From Spizellomyces punctatus DAOM BR117 (lineage: Eukaryota): DNA of 64,000 nt. The notes below the pieces were generated by a model that saw nothing but the letters and a program-made list of their open reading frames with translations, made no database searches and was not told the origin of the DNA. Location of the stretch: the NCBI GenBank assembly GCA_000182565.2, contig KQ257455.1; one strand, written 5' to 3'. Position 1 is the first letter of the stretch, and each line of letters begins with the position of its first letter. The position numbers were made by a program, and so were the translations under genes. Positions 27,873 to 41,230 of this stretch are shown here, in pieces.

Positions 27873-27943
27873 TTGTGGAAACTATTCAACGAGTTTAGAC
27901 GAGGCGAATCCCAATGAGCTTGGTTCTCATGAGTCAGTTGCTT

Positions 27944-27957
27944 GTTGTCCTAGCAAC
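27944..27957. promoter_or_regulatory. RFX X-box (GTTGTCCTAGCAAC) in LSM5/RVB2 bidirectional promoter
   Basis: Reverse complement GTTGCT-AG-GACAAC fits the GTYNYY-NN-RRNAAC X-box consensus. Confidence 0.6.
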
Positions 27958-28128
27958 AGGAAATCTAACGCGAGCTGCGCGTGTGTCAAGGTTTCGTTCT
28001 CTCGACGACGATCTCACCTTCCACCTGCCAACCTCGTTATAGACACAGAACATCCTTTTATTGTTCGTTCGCAAACGCCCCATTCTCAAAACTCCTGAAA
28101 GCACAATTATATAGGGCTCTCTTCAAAC

Positions 28129-30215
<2,087 letters not shown>

Positions 30216-30369
30216 AGACAGTAGCTCGCTTTTACCTTTCTGCTTGTAAGAATAACGGATCTAGCTCGATCAGAGCTCTATGTACAGACTATTTACTCAA
30301 CAGTTTAATGTATAAGGAAGCCAGCAAGGGTCGGAATGGAGAGATACACCACTTCATATCCTTCGTTAG

Positions 30370-30877
30370 CTAGATGACATGCTTGTTTGGCGCCAAGCAC
30401 GCCTCTGGTACATGGAAAGCACAAAGTATCAAGCGACGACCTAAAGGATTCCTGTACGCTTCTCAACATACCCTCGAATCCGGCCAAGTAGTCAACGGTA
30501 ATCCCGTTATCTCTCAACAGCGCACTTCCCTGACATTCTGCGATGAAGCTGGGAGGTTCTTTGACCCCCATGACAACCCGTGCTACCTTTGCATCGACAA
30601 GTCGGTGAGCACATGGGGTGTTTCCGGACAGGCGTTCCCCACAAGGTTCCATAGTAGTGTATATGGTTGCTCCTTCTGCCACTGCCATGTTGCTCAATTT
30701 GAGCAAGCAACATTCTTCTGCGTGTGTATTGCCAGGCAGTTCGCGGGAATAGCCAGTAGCCAGTACTTTGTTATCCTTGACCAGAACAGCTCCTACGCAG
30801 TACGCACTCGGAACTGGTTCCGATCGCTGTGCCTGGCTAATGGCCATCTCCATGAATCGAATGTCGGAGGCGGACAT
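30370..30877 (-). CDS. Stand-alone Rib2-type (DRAP) pyrimidine deaminase, cytidine-deaminase fold
   Basis: ATGYSRELPGNTHAEECCL and YTTMEPCGERLSGNTPC zinc motifs, typical of the fungal riboflavin-pathway deaminase. One intron. Confidence 0.85.
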
Positions 30878-31073
30878 TTGGTCGTTCTACCGCCAAAAAC
30901 AAAAAACTGTCGTCTCCTGCAAAGAAGCCAAAAACCTTCTTTGTAAGCCACAGTCACGACACTCGCGCAGTAAATCGGGGACTTCAAAATCTGGCCACGG
31001 CAGCTATTTTCAGCAACTTTTTGCAAATGACATTTCGTCCCTTGTCGCTCAATCAGCCAAGCGAGCTGGCAAG

Positions 31074-33506
31074 ATGCTCCTGGGCGGTGTTTCCCGTCGC
31101 TTGAAGCGCACGGCACCGCACTCCCGTACCCTGTTTTATGGCTGTTTTCCAGCATTCCTGACAGTGACGGTCCTCCTACTGACATTTGTGACATTTTCCC
31201 CTTCCGTACGGCGACGAGTCAGTGAACTCACACCGGAATGGCTTCAAAAGGGCTCGCATCTGTTGCCTTTTCATTCCGGCGACTCTGAAGAGGTGAACGA
31301 TGAGTTCACACATCCGATTCTGATAACAAAGGAAGACACTCCGGAGCCGTACATTGTCGTCGCAACAATGATAGCAAATCAGGCGCATTATCTACCGGAA
31401 TGGATAGAATTTCACCTCTTACAAGGCGTCGAGAGATTCGTGATATACCATGATTCAAGAAAAAAAACAAAAGACCTGTCGAGACAGGTAGCGGAGCCCT
31501 ATATCCAGAGTGGAATCATTGAATGGATCGAGTGGCCTCAAGATGCACATAATATTGAGAAAGTACTTGGTGCGAGACAATGGCCTGTTGAATGGGCTAA
31601 GCGAGAATTCTATGATCAATTGGAGAACGATTGCATTAAGCATAATCCAGCACGGTATGTTATGCGTAGCTTGTTCATGATGAACACGTTGATATCTGAC
31701 GCTTGTGTTCTATAGCACTAGTCATCTTCAAGCAGGCTGTCAGGCTGTCGCATTTATTGACGCGGCCGCAAGGTATCGCAATCGTTCGAGATGGGTCGGA
31801 GCTTGGGACGTTGACGAGTTTGTGTTTATACCGCAAGAGGACACTGAGGTAAGCATACCATTTGCAAAACTGGATAGTGGGCTCGCAGCTAAAGGAAAAA
31901 ACAGGGAGATGTACTTGGTGATCACACCTTGAAGAATGTCCTTACTAAGCTGGAGTGGTGGGATCAGATTTGGTTGAATGGACGGATTTTTGCAACAAAC
32001 GGTTATTTTTCTGATCCGACTCCTCCCTCCGATGGACTTCCTTTCACTTTGGTAAGACGACATTCTCCATAAAATCGTGAATGACTTCTTATATGAGTAT
32101 TGGTTAGGTGACCGAACGTTATGAATATCGGTTCGATAATGATTTAAATCGCCAGTTCGACAGATCAGATATTAAAGGCTTTGACTGGACCCGGAAAGCC
32201 CTGGTGGATCCAAAGATCGTAACCTCGAATAAAATTCATGGTTGGCTGGTTGAGATCCCCGCATCCGAAAATCGGGAAGAACGTCTCATGCAGACGAATT
32301 TCAAAGACATAGTTATGTACCACTATCAATTCCGATCGGTGCTTGGCAATCATGACAAAGCTGTGGCAAATGGAAACCCAGCCATGGAATACCTCCCGGT
32401 TCGCGAAGTTTATTTCAATGAGAAGAAAGACACTGGAATTTTGTTCATGGTACCATTCGTAAAAGAACAATTGATGAAGCGAATTACCGCTGGATGGTGG
32501 AAGGGTTGGGAACCACCATCCGCAGTAGCGAGACCATTTTTGGGCTACCAGAAGGTATGTCAAGTATGGATGATTGGGCACAACATTATGACTCACCAAC
32601 CTATGTTTTTAGGCGAAACAACCACAGGTCTGTCTCGCCTTTGCGTATCTGGATCCGAATCTGTCAAAGCTCCGCAAATCTATCTCTAGCATCTTCCATC
32701 ATCTGCGCACATACGAACCGTCCCTTAGTTTTGAGGCTGTCCTTATTCTTCCCCGCTCAACCTACGATAAGCGTCTCATGGATGAGTTTCCCTTCGAAAC
32801 TCTGCGATTCCTCAACGATACGACATCCAAAGCTCAGGCAGTGGACCTCCTATTTGAAGCCTGTACAGCTCCGTACATTTTGAGTTTGGTGGATGACTAT
32901 GAAACGAGAGTGGGTTGGCTGAATCCCCTTCGACCAGAAGTGGTAAATCGTACCGAAAGAACTGTGAAGGCCCCTATAATTAGTGCTGCTGTACAGCTTC
33001 TGGAGCAAAGATATGACTTGCTGGAGGTCTGGATTGGAGATGTTCCAGATATTGCTGTTTACAACCAAAATCGAACGGATTGGCTCCCCTTTACGCCTAG
33101 CAAAAACGGCAAAATAGACGCTGACTATGGTGCCGTGAAGTGGTATAGGGTACAGTCTGCTTCCGCCACATCTGTGCTAGGCGTCTCAAGGTTTGGCGGT
33201 ACACTAAAACACCGTGAACGGATCATCTCAGTTGGACCAGTCTTTCCTGGACAAACGGGCGGCAACAAGTTAACGGAGACTGTTGATGAATACGCTCTGC
33301 AAGAGGATTTCGCGAAGCGAGCTGCCGCACTAGGGTTTTCTAGCGCCCATTTTTGTCTTGGCGAGGAACCCACCAGTCGCCAAGATCAATGTAATTTTGA
33401 CCCGGATGCGACCTATGACGGGGCTACAACCGGACTCATGTGGCGAATTCGTCCTGTGGATGAGGACGACAGAGCGAAAGATGGAATGATTGACAGGGCA
33501 TTGTGA
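31074..33506 (+). CDS. Type II membrane glycosyltransferase: GT92-like domain plus second GT-A (GT2-like) domain
   Basis: N-terminal TM anchor. YLPEWIEFHLLQGVERFVIYHD, RWVGAWDVDEFVF (DxD), RKALVDP..IHGW, MYHYQFRS. Downstream LFEACTAPYILSLVDDYE. Confidence 0.75.
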
Positions 33507-33657
33507 CATTTATCTTATCTTTCTCTTATGTTTATTTATACTTTTCTTTATTTATCGCATTCATGATCAATAAAGTTGTTTCATATGCCGTGCACTGAGA
33601 CCAAAGGGGAATATTCATGTCGAAAACGTGGAATGAGTAAGGAACTATGCATCGTAT

Positions 33658-34224
33658 TTATCCTAAAAAGTTCACTACAAATCCAAATAGCACAAGGCTG
33701 GCAAAGGCAAAGTCTGCAAAGGCTCTTTGGATAAGAGGAACATTCACAAACAGGTTAGAATCTGCTAACACTAAGTTGCTTTGTACGCGTATCACTACCT
33801 TTCCGTCGACGTGTCTTTGAATTCCTTGTTCTCTGGGTTTACTTGCATTCGCAAGTTGGCTGATTGCAATGTAACTCGTGAGATGACCAATTCCGTTCCA
33901 GCGTCCAAAAAAAAACGTACCCGCCAACACGAAACTTCCAACACTCGCCCCAAATCCCGCCAGAAAACTGTTATAGGGATATGTTCCCGCAAGCAGAACA
34001 TATACGAACTGGATAATCCCCGTCAACATCACAAACACAAGGTACGTATCGATCAGTTTCAAAGACTGTGGGGTGTTCTTTTGGTATGAAGTAACAAGCC
34101 GTCGGACGAGAAAAGCTTGCTGTGCCGCAGCATTTGATGCAGATGCAGCAACGGATTGAGCCGAGGCGCTTACTGCACCAGCAGGGGACGCGGGGGAGGC
34201 TTGGGTGGGCGATGACTTGGCCAT
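33658..34224 (-). CDS. OST2: Oligosaccharyltransferase subunit Ost2/DAD1
   Basis: TPQSLKLIDTYL..TGIIQFVY..GTYPYNSFLAGF..GSFVL|ANLRMQVNP..STER|AFADF..VVNFLG*. Confidence 0.95.
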   Translation of the reverse strand: MAKSSPTQASPASPAGAVSASAQSVAASASNAAAQQAFLVRRLVTSYQKNTPQSLKLIDTYLVFVMLTGIIQFVYVLLAGTYPYNSFLAGFGASVGSFVLAGTFFFGRWNGIGHLTSYIAISQLANASKPREQGIQRHVDGKVVIRVQSNLVLADSNLFVNVPLIQRAFADFAFASLVLFGFVVNFLG

Positions 34225-34536
34225 GGGGATCTGATCAGTATGCCGGGGTTAACACCTGTTGGGATGGCAATCCTACTCTCCTAGCATGGTCCCAGTGCAT
34301 ATACCTGTATTTGAGACGGAACCTACACTCACACCGAAGGCAAGCAAGGAATGCGAACGATCGGGACGGGAGAGGACGACCATCGACAAACGACGCGTCG
34401 TGTTACCCGCACCACTTCAAGGCACGTGATCTACCGCGAGGGTGAGAATGAGTACCTCCCGGGTTACAGCCCCATCGACTTCCATATCGCTTTCAATCGC
34501 TTCAACAGCTTATACGTGCAAACAGGATCAATCGCC

Positions 34537-36526
34537 ATGCCTGAAAGCCAATTTCCTCTTGGGCACTCAGAGAATCCCTACGAGTTGCTGATAGTAGGAG
34601 CTGGGCCTCACGCCCTCACGCTCCTGGTACGGTTGCTCACCAAATATCCGGTTACTTTATTCAACGATGAGGAACAGGACCGCCTTCTGCGTCATGTCAA
34701 GCATCAGAAAGGGTGTGGCATGGTTGATGAAGCACGCAAACGAAAGTACTTGGTAGTCGACGAAGGAGGTGAATGGCTGAGCCGTTGGAAAAAGCTTTTT
34801 GCCGGGTACGACATCCCGTGGCTAAGGAGTCTTGTCAATATACACCCGGATGCGTGAGTATGCCATCAGTAGTTGGGACAGCAACCATAACAGATTATAA
34901 CAATTTGCTTCCTTCTGCAGGTCCCACGCCAGCTCGCTCCGTGATTTTGCAATGATGCAGGGACGGCTCGACGAAATTAAAGAAATCGACGACTTTGTGC
35001 AAAAAGCTGTGCACAGGCAAGCCAAGTATGACCGCCCAAACGTAGTTTTTGGTCACATATGCACTATTAACAGCCATGGATCAGATCTCGGCGTATGAAC
35101 TCTGCTTTCAATCATTCGCAAAATACAACCCTGCACGTCCCGACCTCGTCACTCTTCATCGATTTTTGTGCGCACCTTGTTGAGAAGCACCATTTAAATG
35201 ATGTTATCCAGCAAGGGAGTGTTCATTGTATCAAGCCTATGTTCGACAGCTCTTGCAATATCTGCAAAGGATTCGAGATTGATCTTCTACACAATGGACA
35301 TTGCAAGAAAATCCACGCATCTCGGGTAGTCTGTGCCATTGGAAACGGAAATTGCTTGCGGCTTCCTGACTGGGTTCCACCATGTGATGGTTGTAATACT
35401 GTAAAGTGGCCTAAAGAATGTCTGATGCATTCGGCCGAGTTGGTTAAGAGCGGTGTTCTCAACTGCGAAGGATGTTGCTCCAAAGAGCAAACTCAGTTGC
35501 TGCCGACCCTTCGTGAGGCATCAAAAGGGAGATTGATGATAGTGGGAGGAGGTCTCACAGCAGCCCACCTAGTGAAGCATGGCGTCAAGCGGTTCGACCA
35601 GGTTGGTGCAAATACTTGTTACTGCGACGGACTTCAAAAAACTCTGACACCCTTCAGGTTTTACTGGTAAGCCGGTCGTTTCTACGTGTGAAGCATTTTG
35701 ATGTTTCGTTGAATTGGATCGATCGATACGGAAATGTGGAGATGGCCAAATTTTGGCAGGAAAACGATCCCAGAAGTGTGTACACGACAAACGTGCTGCC
35801 AAACTTTGCCCAACTAATGCATTTTGTCAGTTCGACTGAAGATCATACAAAATGCCCGGGAAGGAGGCAGCATGACTCCATCAATGTGGGAATACATAGA
35901 ATCCGCCAAAGCGGCTGGATCACTCGAAACGAAGCAGTATACTGAGATAATAAGCGCGATATGGAGGACCGACACCCACTGTGCTTGCGATTCTGCGGAG
36001 ACAGCCAAGGGATTTTGGGAAGTTCATTTGAGTGATGGTAGTATTGAGAATGTTCATGCCATATGGATGGCTACTGGAAGGTGAGGTCCCTCTGCTCGTC
36101 TGTGCAGATGACCTGTCGCCTAATTGCTATATGGGCAGCAAAATGAATGTCACGCAAGACCCGCTGCTCTCGCAGATATGCAAAGCCGTCCCGACCACAT
36201 TAATTGAGGGATTTCCTGTTCTAACGCATGGTACCTTCCACTGTTGCATTCATATACTTCGATCTTGGGAATTCACCTTCGTATTCGCATTTATAGATCT
36301 ACGCTGGCAATCATCCATTCCCTTGTACGTAATGGGCGGTTATGCTGCGCTTCAGCTGGGGCCCAATGCCCTGAACCTGGCAGGCGCTAAAATTGCCAGT
36401 GAGAGAATCGTAGAAGCTTTGGAGACTGAAATGGGTTTTGACCAAGCTCATGCCGACGATGGCGCCGCTGTAGTTGGCGGCTGGGCAAATCGGTACAAGT
36501 TCTTGGAAGATGAAGACGCTTGTTAG
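34537..36526 (+). CDS. FAD/NAD(P)H-dependent oxidoreductase (lysine N-monooxygenase-like family, function unknown)
   Basis: IVGAGPHAL (FAD site), IVGGGLTAAHL (NAD(P) site), AREGGSMTP, WMATG, LYVMGGYAALQLGPNALNLAGA. Confidence 0.8.
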
Positions 36527-36565
36527 AAACGCTGCGTGTCGTGCGCAGCTCCTTTTACTTATTGT

Positions 36566-36890
36566 CCACCCCTTGCACGCGTGTAAGTCCGTCAGGGGCA
36601 TCTCAATAGAATATTACGTCGATGGAAGGTTTGACGATGCCAGGACTTGTCCATGAACGACATCCATGGGATATTCCTTTACTCACCAGCTTACATTAAG
36701 GACGCCGCCGTGTCCCCTGTTCCTCCACCACCCCTTGCGCGCGTGCAAGTTCATCAGGGGTATCTCAATAGAACTTGCTTCGATAGGAGGATCGACACGA
36801 TGCCAGGGCTTCTGTCCATGAACGACATCCACATGGGATTTCCCCAACTCACGAGCTTATATAAAGGACGCCCTGTCCCCTCTTCCTCAT
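36566..36890. repeat. Two diverged ~162-bp tandem copies, the second with TATATAAA at 36858-36865
   Basis: ccaccccttgc(a/g)cgcgtg...tcagggg.atctcaatagaa...cgatgccagg..tgtccatgaacgacatcca..aaggacgcc occurs at 36566 and again at 36728. Confidence 0.85.
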
Positions 36891-36922
36891 CATCTTCAAC
36901 CTGCAGGAAGGTATGGTCTCCA

Positions 36923-37111
36923 GTGCGAAAATAAGGTAATTAGTTATTCGCAATTCTCTCTGTAGGTTCAAAAAAGTTCACAGCCCGCAGGGTAAGTTTC
37001 TTCGGATTGGAGGACGTGCGAAAATAAGGTAAGTAGTTGTTCGCAATTCTCTCTGTAGGTTCAAAAAAGTTCACAGCCCGCAGGGTAAGTTCCTTCGGAT
37101 TGGAGGACGTG
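36923..37111. repeat. Two near-identical 93-bp tandem copies containing splice acceptor and donor
   Basis: Unit gtgcgaaaataaggtaa.tagtt.ttcgcaattctctctgtag gttcaaaaaagttcacagcccgcagg gtaagtt.cttcggattggaggac at 36923 and 37016. Confidence 0.95.
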
Positions 37112-37518
37112 AATGAGATATTGGCTATTTGAGGCCCGCATTCTTGTTTCAACTATCGTAATCTACAACGTAAGTTTGAGCATTCAGTGCGGATGCATCG
37201 CGTTGTCACCCGTCTCTGCGCATCCGTCCATCTCCAGAGAAAGTACTGTACATTGTGACTGAGCTTCAGGGCTCTTGTACCGGAGAGTACAAACGCTGGC
37301 GGAAGAATAACCATTCCCGCCATTTGGTACCTGCAACCTAATGGTACAAGAACCACCTCCATGAAACAATTCTCCACCATGCTGCGGTGTATTACCGCCG
37401 GAAGTTGCATGACAGCATTGGCCTTCTGAATCTTTTTCAAAGTCAAAGACGCAACACAGTGCTGCATAGCGCAGACGCGCGTTTCTGTTGACGACGCGAG
37501 CCTGATTCTCACAGATGC

Positions 37519-39888
37519 ATGGTTGGCAGAATGCTGCGCGCTTCTCAGCCTAGGACTATTTTGGGATATGAGCTGGGCGAGACAATTGGCGAGGGTGCAC
37601 ACGGAAAGTATGTAAACGACATTGTTGCATTCAATTGGGCAGATTATGTCGCATGCGCGCTGCCGTCGAATTGGTTAGAGATTCAGCAATGCTGACACAT
37701 TTCCAACCTGCCCAGAGTAAAACTGGCCATTGACCCTGCCTCACGACAAGCTGTTGCAGTAAAGATAATCAAAAAACGTTCGGGGCAGGAAGGAGCTCGA
37801 GATCTCGCCATTTTGCAGAAAGAGATCAAGATTCACAGTGCTGTCCGTCATGAGAACATTATCACGCTCTTGAACGCTGCGGAAGACGATGCTTGTGTTT
37901 ATATTGTAATGGAATATGCAGCTGCTGGGGAGCTGTTTGACCGAATTGGTAGGATTGAGGTTTGTGTATGCGGCGGCGGTCCATGCAGCAACCATATGCC
38001 AAATCACCTTTTGTCGTAGAACCAGATGTGGGCGTGGAAGAAGAACTCGCTCATATGTACTTTATTCAGCTTCTTGCGGGTGTGGTACGTGATCCTGATT
38101 GTGAGTTTAGCAGCAGCGCTGTGGAAACGCTAATGGAGGGAACTAGGAGTACTTGCATGGGCGCGGCATATCTCACCGAGATCTCAAGCCAGAGGTACGA
38201 TTTGCCCTTTGACACGACCATTTCCCATGAGAACTAATAGGAGCTGCAGAATATTCTGCTAGACCAGTATGGTAACCTGAAGATTAGCGATTTTGGTCTG
38301 GCGACAGTATTCAAGCACAAAGGAACGCGACGAATTCTCACAACTCCTTGCGGCACTCCACCATACGTTGTTAGTATTCTCCTCAGGATCTGACACGACA
38401 CCTATATGCCAATACTAACTTTGAGCTCCATAACAGGCTCCGGAGGTAGGATTTTACCTGTAGATCGCTACGCTACATGATCTGATAGTGCAATATTTCA
38501 AGATCCATGCAATGAGCTATCATGGTGATGCGGTAGACATATGGGCAGTGGGCATCATACTTTACGTTTTGCTTGCAGGAAGTGGGTTCGGACTTGTTTT
38601 TGGTGATGCACATCATCCGCAGTGTTAATCTCGGTATTCTCTAGATACTCCCTGGGCCGAACCAACAAAGCATGACGATGAGTTTATGTTTTTCCTTCGT
38701 AATTATGCCCAAGGGCTGCCGTACGCGCCTTGGACCGGCTTCTCGAAGGATACGCTTAGTAAGTAATGGCGCCTGCGGCGGTGTCTGTATATGCACGTCC
38801 TAATCGGCCGATTCCTTGAATCAGGTCTTTTGATGGGAATCTTGCATGTGGATGCAATATCTCGATATAGCATCGAAGACATAAAAGAAAATCCCTGGGT
38901 CAAGAGGTACGTAAAAGAGTGAATTACTGCTGCCTGTGAGCACGAGCCTAATAGAACCAATTTCTTTTTCCAGACCAAATACATTGCTGACCGATGGTTC
39001 GCGTCGCACATATTCCCGTCATTTGTTCTCCAACGACTTACATTGGGGCTTAACTTACAGGGAAATGTAATGATCCAGCAAGACTAGCAGAGCGCATGAT
39101 GTCAACTATGCTGTCAAGTGCAAACGAAATGATGGAAGCATCGCAAATGTGAGTGGCCTGGAACGCCTTCGTGATCAGCCTTGCGGTGACATTCCTTTTT
39201 ATATGAGCAGAATATCCTATTCACAGCCCTCTGACATGCGCCCTGATGCTTACTCCAATGGAAGCAGTGTGTTTGATGACCGATCGGGCTTTATTTCCTT
39301 CTCGCAACCCCAAAGGATGGAAAGCGAGACACATACGCAAAACGTGAGTGGAAATTTGCTGCCAGGATTACCGGCTACCCTCCATCACCCCTCCTCATGC
39401 TTGATGCTCACGTTGTGTTTGCTACAGACTCAACTCGAGTCCGGCGGCTTCCTGGATCTCTTCCCTTCGGACCGGATTACTCGTTTCTATAGTAGCGCGG
39501 ATCGGGATACCATAAGCAAAATGCTTAACAAAACCCTGCAGAATTTCCTGGTCCCACATAAAATACATCCAGTTTCACGCAAGGTATGTGGACCAGTAGT
39601 GTATAAGGGACGGGATGAAGATATAAACAATTCCTACAGATCGTCTTCACTACCGTCGACAGACGAAAATGTCCGTTGCATGGGGAGATCAGCATCCAAC
39701 GTCTAGGTACTGATCTGCAGCTGGTGGCATTCAGAAAAAGCAAGGTAGGAGACATGACGGTTCATTGAACGCATTGGCCAACCTCTTATGAACTAACGCG
39801 ACCATCTCTCTCCCAGGGAGATCCCTTGGAGTTTAAGCGGTTTTACCGCGCTGTGCTTTCTTCGGTTAAGAACTTGGTCGTCAGTTGA
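37519..39888 (+). CDS. CHK1: Checkpoint kinase 1
   Basis: GELFDRI|EPDVGV, HRDLKPE|NILLD, DFGLATVFK, CGTPPYV|APE, SQ motifs ISYSQP and ISFSQP, RITRF, TVDRRK, C-terminal FRKSK|GDPLEFKRFY. Confidence 0.95.
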
Positions 39889-39978
39889 ACATACTGCGCT
39901 GAAGCTGTACATAGAGGTAGATGCTCTGTATCATTGCAAAATACATTTTAACCACATCAATTGGTAGTCTGGACGTCT

Positions 39979-40989
39979 TTACACCGCCACCTGTTGCCGC
40001 GTTGCTGTTGCACGGCTCTCACTTTTGCGTCCCTGTCCCGCTAATGGTCCAGCCTTCCCCCGCGCGTGTACTTCCTTCGGGGTACCTTCCCTTTCCGCCG
40101 TGTGCATCCGAGGCTTGAGTCCACCTTTCTCCATCCTCGGTTTGATCCGCTTCTCCTTAGGACGTGCATAAAGCGGATTCTGCTGCCTCCAAAAGTCAAT
40201 TCGCGTCTGAAGATATCGGATCCCATCTGCAACCAGACTCATCACTTGCTCATCAGGACACTCTGTGAAGTCCTTATCAGATAACAGCTCCTCCAGGTAC
40301 ATTTTGTCTTCGTATAGTTCGCCCAGGAGCTTATTTTCAAGTGCAGGACTGAGGGAGGACTTTTGCTCCTGTTGATGCTGCTGAACAAAAGCAATTCCCC
40401 TCCCTTCAGTGCCGCGTGCAGCAGCAGCAGCCTTTCGCGTTGACGGATCTGCAGCTGCTTCCGCTTCTACTGCTGCCGCTGCCGCAAGGGCCTTTCGCAG
40501 ATTCTGGGGTACCTGAATTTTGGTCTCCTTCGGGTTCCCGATTCCATTTTCGATAGCCTCACGCGCCTTTTGAATACCTGTTCGAAACTCATCGAGTTCT
40601 GGTCGAAGCCTATTTCCTCGGTGATAAAACACAAGTGCCGTTTCGAAATCACCTATTGCATACAAAGCTTCTGCTTTCTGATATATTCCTTTGAAGAAAT
40701 CAGGATCTTGTTTCAATGCTTCTTCGGCATCAAGCAGTGCGGGTCTTCCGTTTCCAGCATTGATGTGACATCGGGAACGGGAGACGAGACAATGCTTGTC
40801 TGTGGGGCGAATGGCGAGTGCGCGGGTATAGGCGTCTATGGCTGGACCCCATGCTCCACGTTGGGCAAGGAGATCCCCTTCTGCGGCAAGAATTTGGAAT
40901 TTTGCTACGAGGTTTTCGGGGTTTTCGGCGTCTGGATCTGTGAAATCTGAAGGATGACCTCCACCACCGCCCATTGCCGCGGCTGCCAT
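39979..40989 (-). CDS. TTC25: TTC25/ODAD4-like TPR protein (outer dynein arm docking), intronless, 336 aa
   Basis: DKHCLVSRSRC..ALLDAEEAL..FFKGIYQKAEALYAIGDFETALVFYHRG..LRP..EFRTGIQKAREAI, LLGELYEDKMYLE, RIDFWRQQNPLYAR. Confidence 0.88.
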   Translation of the reverse strand: MAAAAMGGGGGHPSDFTDPDAENPENLVAKFQILAAEGDLLAQRGAWGPAIDAYTRALAIRPTDKHCLVSRSRCHINAGNGRPALLDAEEALKQDPDFFKGIYQKAEALYAIGDFETALVFYHRGNRLRPELDEFRTGIQKAREAIENGIGNPKETKIQVPQNLRKALAAAAAVEAEAAADPSTRKAAAAARGTEGRGIAFVQQHQQEQKSSLSPALENKLLGELYEDKMYLEELLSDKDFTECPDEQVMSLVADGIRYLQTRIDFWRQQNPLYARPKEKRIKPRMEKGGLKPRMHTAEREGTPKEVHARGKAGPLAGQGRKSESRATATRQQVAV

Positions 40990-41230
40990 AATGCCTTACT
41001 TACTCCTCTTGCAGAGAGAAAAGGCAACTTGAATTTTGGCGGGCTTTAATAGAATCCTGGTATATCATTGCTCCAGGGGACATTCGGAGCGGGTATCCCT
41101 AAATGTGTACGTAAGCGTTAATTCACCGATTTCGCTTAGGTAATCAGACGCGGTTTTTTCGGTTCAAAAGTTACGGTGACTCCCGGACAGTTTGCCCTTT
41201 TGTGCATTGAGGGTCAAAAAGCTGCCTGCA

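Noticed and set aside
31654-31715. Intronic ATGATGA...CTGA as a C/D snoRNA (also ATGATGA in SAM intron 1)
   Set aside because: The boxes are far too close together and CTGAC is the branch point. The SAM intron has no D box.
30370-36526. Deaminase + glycosyltransferase + flavin monooxygenase-like genes as a biosynthetic gene cluster
   Set aside because: Interleaved with housekeeping OST2 and RVB2, with no backbone synthase, transporter or regulator.
36940-37152. Minus-strand 70-aa ORF with an internal 31-aa repeat
   Set aside because: A by-product of the 93-bp duplication. Splice and TATA signals point to the plus strand.
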